Source of the DNA: a virus
Length of the DNA: 64,000 nt
Reading direction: 5' to 3' (one strand)
Virus record (IMG/VR): IMGVR_UViG_3300021962_000041
Span: 1-64,000 of that record
Shown: one piece after another, positions 45,858 through 52,676 of the stretch
Numbering within the stretch: the stretch's first letter is position 1
How the letters are laid out: each line of letters begins with the position of its first letter
The notes under the pieces: generated by a model
What the model saw: only the letters and a program-made list of their open reading frames with translations
What the model was told of the DNA's origin: nothing
Database searches by the model: none
Position numbers and translations under genes: made by a program

Positions 45858-46313
45858 CTATTTATTTCTTATTTTTTGGACCATCTCATAATCTTTTTCT
45901 AAAATTTTCTTCAAATATTCATCATCCCACAAGTCATAATAACTTGTCTTTGCCAAAATTTGTCTCATTTTGGTTAAAAATTGAGAATCTTGATATAAAA
46001 CTAAGTTATACTTGGCATTATTGGTTTGTACACCATTAATAAAACTATCTTCATCACGAAAATCATCAAAAAATTTGTATTTCGGGTACTTTTGATTTAA
46101 TTCTTCTATTTTTTGATATCCATAATCAATGTCTAGGTCATCTTCAACTACAAAAATAACGACACCAAACTCTTCATCGAGAGGTTTGATGTCGTTTATC
46201 GAGCAATTTACGATTTTATAAGTATTTGCTTTTGCAAATGGACAAATAGAATGACCTTTTAGATCTGGATGAGATTTTTTAATAATATCAATCCAGTTCT
46301 CTAGGTCTTCCAT
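45858..46313 (-). CDS. Hypothetical protein with ICPFA motif (151 aa)
   Basis: ORF; very AT-rich. Confidence 0.7.
   Translation of the reverse strand: MEDLENWIDIIKKSHPDLKGHSICPFAKANTYKIVNCSINDIKPLDEEFGVVIFVVEDDLDIDYGYQKIEELNQKYPKYKFFDDFRDEDSFINGVQTNNAKYNLVLYQDSQFLTKMRQILAKTSYYDLWDDEYLKKILEKDYEMVQKIRNK
45859..45866 (-). promoter_or_regulatory. Late promoter (AATAAATA) for speD
   Basis: ATAAATA core ~22 nt upstream of speD. Confidence 0.55.
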
Positions 46314-46316
46314 ATA

Positions 46317-46463
46317 TTATTTTCCTTGCCCTCTATACTTTTTACGAGCCGAGTTACGCGAGGTAGCGGCATATTTAGTTCCACCACCATCTCCTTGCCG
46401 AGACTTTTTCGGCGGACCAGGAATATAAGAGCTTTTATTCAGACCTACCTTTGACTTTGCCAT
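46317..46463 (-). CDS. Small basic protein (48 aa)
   Basis: Not in track. MAKSKVGLNKSSYIPGPPKKSRQGDGGGTKYAATSRNSARKKYRGQGK. Confidence 0.75.
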   Translation of the reverse strand: MAKSKVGLNKSSYIPGPPKKSRQGDGGGTKYAATSRNSARKKYRGQGK

Positions 46464-46656
46464 TGTTTATAAGACTCCAGTGTTTTCCAATAATTTCAGT
46501 TTCTACTTCGTCAGGGTGTGGAGTACCTGTCTGATAATATTGAATTGACAGGTCCTCCATGATTTCGAAGTACTCTTCCTCTGTAAGATGAGTATAAATT
46601 TTACGCCCATTACAGAGGATATTATATTTTGTATCAGATAATTCTTGTTTTTTCAT
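46435..46656 (-). CDS. Conserved hypothetical protein (~73 aa)
   Basis: Likely start MKKQELSDTKYNILCNGRKIYTHLTEEEYF. Confidence 0.6.
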   Translation of the reverse strand: MKKQELSDTKYNILCNGRKIYTHLTEEEYFEIMEDLSIQYYQTGTPHPDEVETEIIGKHWSLINNGKVKGRSE

Positions 46657-47386
46657 GACCAACACGAATGCGAGGATCGCACCAGATTTCGAAACCTGCT
46701 TCTTTTGCATCAAGGCAGAAAGAAACGTCTTCGCCACACATATCCTGAACTTCGCCACTTTCAAAGACTTGCATCTTAGGAGCAAACCAGGGATACTTCA
46801 TCTCAGGATGCTCAAAGACACCTTTCTTAATCAGAAGCCAACCAAATCCAGTGTAGTCAACAGTAAATGGTTTGCGACGCTTTGAGATACTTTCAGTCGT
46901 TTCATGATTCATTACACCACCATTACTACGGAAATCATCTTCTTCTAACCAGTGAGCAACAGATGTGGTCACACCATCTTCCGTTGCATACCAACCAGCA
47001 GCAATATCCTTTTCCATCAGAACAAGTTGCCAGAACTTATCAGTATTGAAAACAATATCACTATCAATCCAAAGTTGCCAATCATAAGGCAGTTTTCCAT
47101 CCCAGGGAACTTGATCTGGTCCACGGAGAACGTTTGCGCCAAGACACTTACAACGTGCAAAATTAACCATCGAGGAATAATCTTGCGAAATTTGGATGCT
47201 AGCGCCAGCTTGTACCAAGTCAAAGCACATCTGCACGAAGCTTTTTAAGTAAGTGTAAGAAACACCACGCCCAGGGAGACAAAACACAATGGTCTTACCT
47301 CTTACCAATTCTCTGGCTTTATCATAGTCCCACTCTTGTTCTGTTGTCTGCGGGGCTTTTGCTTTTACAGTAAATCCTTTAGCCAT
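46634..47386 (-). CDS. GT-A/GT2-like glycosyltransferase-fold protein
   Basis: LWIDSDIVF (DxD), GFGWLLIKKGVFE, GEDVSFC, VGHEK. Confidence 0.75.
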   Translation of the reverse strand: MAKGFTVKAKAPQTTEQEWDYDKARELVRGKTIVFCLPGRGVSYTYLKSFVQMCFDLVQAGASIQISQDYSSMVNFARCKCLGANVLRGPDQVPWDGKLPYDWQLWIDSDIVFNTDKFWQLVLMEKDIAAGWYATEDGVTTSVAHWLEEDDFRSNGGVMNHETTESISKRRKPFTVDYTGFGWLLIKKGVFEHPEMKYPWFAPKMQVFESGEVQDMCGEDVSFCLDAKEAGFEIWCDPRIRVGHEKTRII

Positions 47387-47408
47387 AATAGAATGCGTTT
47401 ACTTCAGT

Positions 47409-47437
47409 ATCATACAATATTATGTAGTGGTTGTCAA
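47409..47437 (-). promoter_or_regulatory. Sigma70-like promoter TTGACA-N17-TATGAT
   Basis: -35 at 47432-47437, -10 at 47409-47414. Confidence 0.75.
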
Positions 47438-47607
47438 TTACTCCGTTCTGTAATGATAACCTCATTACCTTCTAGGGCAATCCGAACTTCCGTGTCTTCG
47501 TACCACTCTAGTTCATTGATTATCTCTTCAGGTATTGTTATAAAATACTCCCCCGTTATTGGATCGACTTGTACGGGCACAAATTTATCTCCGGAATTTT
47601 TTCTCAT
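47434..47607 (-). CDS. AbrB/MazE-like small DNA-binding protein (57 aa)
   Basis: FITIPEEIINELEW.EDTEV.I.LEGNEVII swapped-hairpin pattern. Confidence 0.65.
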   Translation of the reverse strand: MRKNSGDKFVPVQVDPITGEYFITIPEEIINELEWYEDTEVRIALEGNEVIITERSN

Positions 47608-47782
47608 ACTATGAAACTTATTTTTAATCTTATATATGGGGAAAAAATTTTTAAGTCGGGTGGAACATTTTGATCGCTTTCGTAACACTTTGTAGGTTAG
47701 GGGGACCCATCGATTTTATACGGGGGCGCCCCGCCCGAACCAACGGGACGGGGGCGCTGCTGCTGCACGAACGAAGGGGGCG

Positions 47783-47980
47783 TCACCCCTGCTGCGTGAC
47801 CCACCCGCTCACGGGGCAGCCCTTATAATCGCCAGCGTGTGCCTGGCGGAAAGTCTCAGTCCAAATGGTAGCGGGGTGACCCACGGGGGCGGTGATGGCG
47901 TTAAAGTTGCTGCCGTCGTTGCGGTAGGCGACCCACTCAAGGGAGCGGGTGGAGAGGCGGGAAGCGGGGGAGAGGCGCAT
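47783..47980 (-). CDS. Early hypothetical protein (65 aa)
   Basis: MRLSPASRLS..., downstream of early promoter. Confidence 0.6.
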   Translation of the reverse strand: MRLSPASRLSTRSLEWVAYRNDGSNFNAITAPVGHPATIWTETFRQAHAGDYKGCPVSGWVTQQG

Positions 47981-48006
47981 CGGGTCAGGTCGTTTGATCT
48001 GAAAGA

Positions 48007-48065
48007 ATTCTACAGGCAACCCCCCACCGAATCGGCAGGGGGTGTGCGGTTGTCAGAGTGTCACC
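48007..48065 (-). promoter_or_regulatory. Early promoter module 1
   Basis: TAGAAT 48007-12; degenerate palindrome 48042-65; gap 29. Confidence 0.6.
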
Positions 48066-48198
48066 AGATCACGGGGTTGCCCTGAAGATCGGTTACATTG
48101 CCCTGCTGATCATCTTGGGCAATTGATTCAAGAATCCGCAGGATTTGCTCTCCGTTGTTACCTTGCTTCAGGAGAGAGATTGCCAGGGATTGAGTCAT
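48061..48198 (-). CDS. Early hypothetical protein (45 aa)
   Basis: Not in track. MTQSLAISLLKQGNNGEQILRILESIA... Confidence 0.6.
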   Translation of the reverse strand: MTQSLAISLLKQGNNGEQILRILESIAQDDQQGNVTDLQGNPVIW

Positions 48199-48255
48199 GA
48201 TGAAAAAGGAAAGTGTACGGGTGGCAGTCTTTAAAGGCGCTGCCGTTCCTGTTAA

Positions 48256-48573
48256 TCAGTTCAGACGCATTCCAGAAAAGAAAGGAATTGTGCCATAATC
48301 TTTAGAGCAGAAGAACCACTGAAAGTTCTTCTGAAAGATACCTTCACCAGGGCAACCATGCTCAGAAAGAATAGCATTCAAACGGGATTTGGTAGTGTTA
48401 GAACGCCACCCACCATCGAACAATTCGATCCAGGTTTCACCAATTCGGGCGATCAGATTGCCGTGCAGGTAAACATCAGAAACGTTGGAGCAGTTGATAA
48501 CTTCGGTGTTTGCCATCTTGAAATCTTTGCCAGCGGTGATGGCAGCATTCATCAGACGTTCGATCTTACGCAT
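48256..48573 (-). CDS. Conserved early cyanophage protein (105 aa)
   Basis: MRKIERLMNAAI, VYLHGNLIA, GGWRSNTTKSRLNA. Confidence 0.8.
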   Translation of the reverse strand: MRKIERLMNAAITAGKDFKMANTEVINCSNVSDVYLHGNLIARIGETWIELFDGGWRSNTTKSRLNAILSEHGCPGEGIFQKNFQWFFCSKDYGTIPFFSGMRLN

Positions 48574-48602
48574 GGGAGGGGGGTGTCGTATGAACTGAAA
48601 GA

Positions 48603-48662
48603 AGTCTACAGGGTCAGTCCCTGATGATGTCGGCGGTGAGTGCCAGTGCGTCAGCTGTCACA
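48603..48662 (-). promoter_or_regulatory. Early promoter module 2
   Basis: TAGACT 48603-08; palindrome 48639-62; gap 30. Confidence 0.65.
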
Positions 48663-48732
48663 TGGCGGAGCGGTTGCAGGGGGTGCCAGAATATTGTCAC
48701 CAGTGCCACCGCTAGGATTGCTTTCCCTAAGG

Positions 48733-48921
48733 TCACAGAATGACGGGGGCAAAGGGTTTGTGAAGGATGCCATAATCTTCGATGGATTGATCTAAGATAG
48801 CATCGATTGCTTCATTGATACGCTTCCAGGAATTAATCGGAGCGACAACATCCTGACAGGTTTTCTTCCAGGATCCGTTAACTTTAACCACAACAGACTT
48901 GGTGAGAGTTTGTTTGATCAT
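48733..48921 (-). CDS. Early hypothetical protein (62 aa)
   Basis: ORF track. Confidence 0.6.
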   Translation of the reverse strand: MIKQTLTKSVVVKVNGSWKKTCQDVVAPINSWKRINEAIDAILDQSIEDYGILHKPFAPVIL

Positions 48922-49063
48922 GGTTTGTGAAGTAATGGGGTGAGGGGTGCCCTTAGTTCCCCCGTTGTGGCAGTTGTGCCACTTCCTAGAGCAAGTGAAG
49001 GATCTTCCCCAGGGACCTGTCCGATGGCGGGTGGTTTCTCTGGGAGGGTTCGCTTCTGAAGTA

Positions 49064-49122
49064 ATTATAGGGGGTCAGGGAGGCAGATCAACGGGGTGTG
49101 TGCCACCTCTTCAACTGGCACA
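49064..49122 (-). promoter_or_regulatory. Early promoter module 3
   Basis: TATAAT 49064-69; TGTGCCACCT-CTTC-AACTGGCACA 49099-122; gap 29. Confidence 0.8.
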
Positions 49123-50028
49123 CTGAAAGCGTCCGTTGTTGAAGTTAGCATTAGAAAAGACCTCACGATTGACCAGTTTGAACATACCAAACTCATTGGT
49201 CATCACATAACCTTCGGCGTCGATTCTGTTGCCGTAAAGGTATGCTGCAGGACCATCATTGCGGCAGAGGTACAAACAATCATCTTTGATTGACTTCACC
49301 AATGCCCACAAACGCAGCAGGTTAGCATCACAATCAAAGTCATCAGGGTTGATCTCTTCACCAGCACGAATGCAGGCATTAATCTGCTGTTTGATCTTTG
49401 CCGCTTCCTTATCAGTTACGAACTCACAGGCAGTAGACATTTGACGGGCAAAGTCGCACACTTCCTTAACATCATCAAAGCAGCAGGGATTGCCACTCCG
49501 ACTCCAAGGATCGTGCTGAATGTATGCTTGGGGTTTGACAAATTTCACATAAGGTGTATCCGTGATGATAAAGTTCATCGGATACGCTACAGCATCACGA
49601 AGATCATTCTCTGCAATGTAGTAAGTATGAGGAGCAACAATAATCTTCTCAGAAACTACCTCAGGGAACTGATAAGTGAGCGTGTTAGGAGTATACTCAG
49701 TATCGCCACCAAAACCAATAAAATCGCCTTGAAAGATACCGTTTGAATGAGGCAACCAATCAAAACAAGCGTGCAGAATGTTTGCAACCTGCCCTGCATG
49801 ATTTTGATCGATTTCATCATGAGAATGATTGATCTTGATTTTAACTTTGTTGAACACAGATTTGGTGCCAACGAAGAACTTACCATTGGCGGGATTGATA
49901 CCCCAGACGATGGCAGGTGCGCCGTCAATCTTAACACTCATGGTGCCAGGATTCACGAACCAATCCAGAACAGAAAGATCACCCGTCAGGATGGTATCTT
50001 CAGGGTGTTCGAGGTGTGTGTTTTTCAT
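49111..50028 (-). CDS. Ligase-like nucleotidyltransferase-fold protein (305 aa)
   Basis: MKNTHLEHPED; motif I VKIDG, QGDF, EGYV, KLV. Confidence 0.65.
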   Translation of the reverse strand: MKNTHLEHPEDTILTGDLSVLDWFVNPGTMSVKIDGAPAIVWGINPANGKFFVGTKSVFNKVKIKINHSHDEIDQNHAGQVANILHACFDWLPHSNGIFQGDFIGFGGDTEYTPNTLTYQFPEVVSEKIIVAPHTYYIAENDLRDAVAYPMNFIITDTPYVKFVKPQAYIQHDPWSRSGNPCCFDDVKEVCDFARQMSTACEFVTDKEAAKIKQQINACIRAGEEINPDDFDCDANLLRLWALVKSIKDDCLYLCRNDGPAAYLYGNRIDAEGYVMTNEFGMFKLVNREVFSNANFNNGRFQCAS

Positions 50029-50034
50029 GCTGTT

Positions 50035-50094
50035 AGTATGGCACGGAATCAGGCGGAGCACAAGGGGGTGTGTGCCACCTTGTCAACTGTCACA
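50035..50094 (-). promoter_or_regulatory. Early promoter module 4 (leaderless)
   Basis: CATACT 50035-40, ATG 6 nt downstream; palindrome 50071-94; gap 30. Confidence 0.75.
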
Positions 50095-50263
50095 GGAAGG
50101 TGGAAGGATCCCCGTAGTCTCCGACAATGTTACCGAAGCAGTCACGGATCTCAGCGTATCCGAACTCCTCAGAGAGGTCCAGGCAAATCAGCATGGCACG
50201 ATCCAGATCGGTCGTGGTCTCATTCTGCTCAGGGGCAGAGGGGCAAAGGATTTCGTAAGTCAT
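50090..50263 (-). CDS. Early hypothetical protein (57 aa)
   Basis: Not in track. MTYEILCPSAPEQNETTTDLDRAMLICLDLSEEFGYAEIRDCFG... Confidence 0.65.
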   Translation of the reverse strand: MTYEILCPSAPEQNETTTDLDRAMLICLDLSEEFGYAEIRDCFGNIVGDYGDPSTFL

Positions 50264-50269
50264 GCAGAC

Positions 50270-50329
50270 ATTATAGGCACGGGGTCGGACGCTTTGGGGG
50301 CAGCAGTGGACACTCCGCCAACTGGCACA
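50270..50329 (-). promoter_or_regulatory. Early promoter module 5 (leaderless)
   Basis: TATAAT 50270-75; palindrome 50306-29; gap 30. Confidence 0.75.
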
Positions 50330-50353
50330 GCGAAGCGGCCGCCCTGGGTATAA

Positions 50354-50527
50354 TTAATCCTCCAGAAGATGCGGGTAGTATTCTTCTACCTCTGCGATCA
50401 ATTCTTTATCCGAATAGTTATCATAACTCTCACTCATAGAATCATACAAACACGCCATCATGGTTTTGATGTCCATATCATCCAGGATTTGCTGAATGAG
50501 TTGATCTTGGAGTTCAGAACGATTCAT
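50354..50527 (-). CDS. Acidic early protein (57 aa)
   Basis: Not in track. MNRSELQDQLIQQILDDMDIKTMM...VEEYYPHLLED. Confidence 0.7.
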   Translation of the reverse strand: MNRSELQDQLIQQILDDMDIKTMMACLYDSMSESYDNYSDKELIAEVEEYYPHLLED

Positions 50528-50528
50528 G

Positions 50529-50705
50529 TTAGTTGTTGTTGAAAAGTGCGGTGATCTTGTCTGCGATAGAGTAGTAATCCTCTACAGGATCCTGTTCTTC
50601 ATCTTCACAAAATTGAACATTGTTAGAAACAAGATTGAAGATCAAATCCCATTCAGATTGTGTAAAGAACTCTTTGACTGCGTGCTTACCAACAGCGTCA
50701 TTCAT
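50529..50705 (-). CDS. Acidic early protein (58 aa)
   Basis: Not in track. MNDAVGKHAVKEFFTQSEWDLIF... Confidence 0.6.
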   Translation of the reverse strand: MNDAVGKHAVKEFFTQSEWDLIFNLVSNNVQFCEDEEQDPVEDYYSIADKITALFNNN

Positions 50706-50712
50706 GATGGTT

Positions 50713-50847
50713 TCAGTAATCGTAGTTGGAGTTGATGTAAGATTCTACATTGAACTTCTCATCTTTCTCCCATTCTTCTTTATACTCAATCACGTCGAAG
50801 ATCTCACCAGGAGCATCAGCAATCTCAGACCAGAGTTCATCAAACAT
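50713..50847 (-). CDS. Acidic early protein (44 aa)
   Basis: MFDELWSEIADAPGEIFD... Confidence 0.65.
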   Translation of the reverse strand: MFDELWSEIADAPGEIFDVIEYKEEWEKDEKFNVESYINSNYDY

Positions 50848-50871
50848 GGTGTGTCTCTCAGGAACAAAGTT

Positions 50872-50931
50872 AGTATGGCACGAACTGGGGGGCATCGCAA
50901 CCCCCCTTGTACCAGTTCAGAGATCGTCCAT
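50872..50931 (-). promoter_or_regulatory. Early promoter module 6
   Basis: CATACT 50872-77; palindrome 50908-31 with one degenerate half; gap 30. Confidence 0.65.
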
Positions 50932-51144
50932 CATCTCATTGATCTCAATCCCATCAATCTTAGGATCATCCCAACGGCAACCATCTGGGGTCTCTTTGCT
51001 ACCACAATCACGAAGCAATTGCACTAATTCTTGATAGTTACTGCAGGTCTTGGCAGCATCATACAAACCCTCATCATTTCCGATCCAGAGTGCAACATTC
51101 CACGTTTCCCAGTTTGCCCAACCGTTGTAAGTTGCAGTGCTCAT
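50917..51144 (-). CDS. Conserved early protein (75 aa)
   Basis: YNGWANWETWNVALWIGNDEGLY, TPDG. Confidence 0.8.
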   Translation of the reverse strand: MSTATYNGWANWETWNVALWIGNDEGLYDAAKTCSNYQELVQLLRDCGSKETPDGCRWDDPKIDGIEINEMMDDL

Positions 51145-51169
51145 CGGTGTCCTTCAGGTGAACGAATGT

Positions 51170-51229
51170 AATGTAGAACGGATCAGGGAGAATGTCTAGG
51201 GGGTGTGTGCCAGTTCTCAGATTGGCACA
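51170..51229 (-). promoter_or_regulatory. Early promoter module 7
   Basis: TACATT 51170-75; palindrome 51206-29; gap 30. Confidence 0.75.
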
Positions 51230-51408
51230 AGCGAATATTGATTAATCATAATGTCACGTACATTTTCACGATCGAAGCTATCGCCAGCAAAATCTGCACC
51301 CGAATTAATATACTGAATGGTGGCTTCGATGATCATAACATCCGTGGCACCCATGTCGTAGATACCACCAGGACCATAGAAAGATCTCACGTACTGAACG
51401 AAATTCAT
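51217..51408 (-). CDS. Conserved early protein (63 aa)
   Basis: YVRSFYGPGGIY, GDSFDRENVRD. Confidence 0.75.
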   Translation of the reverse strand: MNFVQYVRSFYGPGGIYDMGATDVMIIEATIQYINSGADFAGDSFDRENVRDIMINQYSLVPI

Positions 51409-51542
51409 TACACAAACTCCGCAAGGTAGTAATCAAGGGGCAGCTCAAGTTCTGCTGCTTTCTGTTCCCATTCATCCCATTCTTCAGGGGACGCATCATT
51501 CAGGAAATCTTCCCGAGTATACTCAAATGCAGGACCACACAT
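51408..51542 (-). CDS. Acidic early protein (44 aa)
   Basis: MCGPAFEY...KAAELELPLDYYLAEFV. Confidence 0.65.
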   Translation of the reverse strand: MCGPAFEYTREDFLNDASPEEWDEWEQKAAELELPLDYYLAEFV

Positions 51543-51544
51543 AA

Positions 51545-51739
51545 TCAGATCACCGAAACGTTGACTTCTTTGATGTTCAAACCACAGAGTTGGTTGTATA
51601 CTCGCTTGCTGATAATGTCGCAAGCATTCTTGAGTTTTGAACGCTCATACCAAATTGTACACAAACCATCGTAGGTTTCGACACGAATTCGAATGTCTTT
51701 CACGAAGCAATTCCCGACGACGAATGTAGAATATCCCAT
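51545..51739 (-). CDS. Early hypothetical protein (true start probably downstream of 51739)
   Basis: IRVETYDGLCTIWYERS; the track start overlaps the predicted -10. Confidence 0.6.
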   Translation of the reverse strand: MGYSTFVVGNCFVKDIRIRVETYDGLCTIWYERSKLKNACDIISKRVYNQLCGLNIKEVNVSVI

Positions 51740-51787
51740 CAGGTGGGCAATTGCAACTAGTCTTGTGACAGTTCAAAAAGTGGCACA
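51728..51787 (-). promoter_or_regulatory. Early promoter module 8
   Basis: TATTCT 51728-33; palindrome 51764-87; gap 30. Confidence 0.65.
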
Positions 51788-51912
51788 AGATCGGTTGAAT
51801 TCCGATGATCTTCGTGCTAATAGGGAATTATATCATTATCAATAAGATCTTGTTATTGAGAATCAATAAGGACTAGTAATTGAGAATAAGATCCAATGTT
51901 CGAACTGTCACA

Positions 51913-52071
51913 TCAGAAGATATCGCTGTAATCTTTGATGCTAACATTGACATCCTCATCACCTTCTAGGTGTAGGAGTTCACGCCAATTAATACCTTCT
52001 AGTTCTAGATCTTCATAACACATAAGATCTAGTGTAACTCGTACCATGCGCTTTGCGTGTGTGGTAGGCAT
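51913..52071 (-). CDS. Hypothetical protein (52 aa)
   Basis: Not in track. MPTTHAKRMVRVTLDLMCYEDLELEGINWRELLHLEGDEDVNVSIKDYSDIF. Confidence 0.65.
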   Translation of the reverse strand: MPTTHAKRMVRVTLDLMCYEDLELEGINWRELLHLEGDEDVNVSIKDYSDIF

Positions 52072-52101
52072 AAGAATCTCGTGTATGTGTACTAGATTAT
52101 A

Positions 52102-52251
52102 TCATGCATAATGACGATATGCAAGCGTTTCGTAATCTTGCCCATCTCGTGCATAATCCTCGTCGAGATCTGCATCTTGTGCATAATACTCGTCGAGATC
52201 GTATGTGTAATCTGATGCGTATGTATAGTCGAGATCGTAGTCGTCGTACAT
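52102..52251 (-). CDS. Tyr/Asp-rich micro-protein (49 aa)
   Basis: MYDDYDLDYTYASDYTYDLDEYYAQDADLDEDYARDGQDYETLAYRHYA, downstream of a sigma70-like promoter. Confidence 0.55.
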   Translation of the reverse strand: MYDDYDLDYTYASDYTYDLDEYYAQDADLDEDYARDGQDYETLAYRHYA

Positions 52252-52410
52252 AATGCTCGTCGAGATTTGTGTGATGCTTATGTATTGTAGCATAAAGCTC
52301 GACGAGATTGCAAGCCCTTATGATGCACACGTCTCGTCGAGATTCATGATAGTATATATACACTCTTGTCGAGATTTATGTGCTTCTCGTAACATAAGTC
52401 TCGTCGAGAT
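52151..52410. repeat. Array of 8 direct repeats, core CTCGWCGAGAT (extended RCATAANN-CTCGTCGAGAT)
   Basis: Cores at ~52159, 52189, 52225, 52256, 52298, 52333, 52365, 52400; period 30-42 bp. Confidence 0.9.
52284..52313 (-). promoter_or_regulatory. Sigma70-like promoter TTGCAA-N18-TACAAT with extended TG
   Basis: A repeat copy fills the spacer. Confidence 0.55.
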
Positions 52411-52437
52411 TCTAGCACGAACTTATAAGAATGTCAA
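52409..52437 (-). promoter_or_regulatory. Sigma70 promoter TTGACA-N17-TAGAAT with extended TG
   Basis: Near-consensus; fires into the repeat array. Confidence 0.8.
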
Positions 52438-52467
52438 GGTCTGGGAATTTCTGGGCGTCCCCGGGGG

Positions 52468-52496
52468 TTGACAAACTGCGCGTCTTATGATACGCT
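52468..52496 (+). promoter_or_regulatory. Divergent sigma70 promoter TTGACA-N17-TACGCT with extended TG
   Basis: Back-to-back with the previous promoter; fires into the AT-rich tract and GIY-YIG gene. Confidence 0.65.
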
Positions 52497-52676
52497 GGCA
52501 AAGGTTGCAATAAGAACCAGTATTTTCTTACTATTCTCAATAAAACCTTTTATTTATTCTCATTTACAAAACGCTTATTGAGAATCACCAAATATTTAAT
52601 CTCACAATAACAATCATAACTATCTAAAATAACATATAAGATATATACAATAATTAAAGTGTTATCTAAAATATAA

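Noticed and set aside
1877-47248. Many short plus-strand and alternate-frame ORFs in the track (e.g. 3982-4338, 22644-22958, 35334-35642)
   Set aside because: Fully overlap conserved structural genes; low-complexity antisense translations with no RBS or promoter support
50335-50354. GCGGCCGC followed by plus-strand TATAAT as a divergent promoter
   Set aside because: Spacing to the palindrome (19 bp) does not match the 29-30 bp rule and no credible plus-strand gene follows
49747-50439. Plus-strand 230-aa and 174-aa ORFs
   Set aside because: Antisense to two real genes and two promoter modules; expected in GC-richer DNA
52151-52410. CRISPR array
   Set aside because: Repeat is only 11-19 bp, period varies 30-42 bp, the first spacers are duplicates of each other, and no cas genes are present
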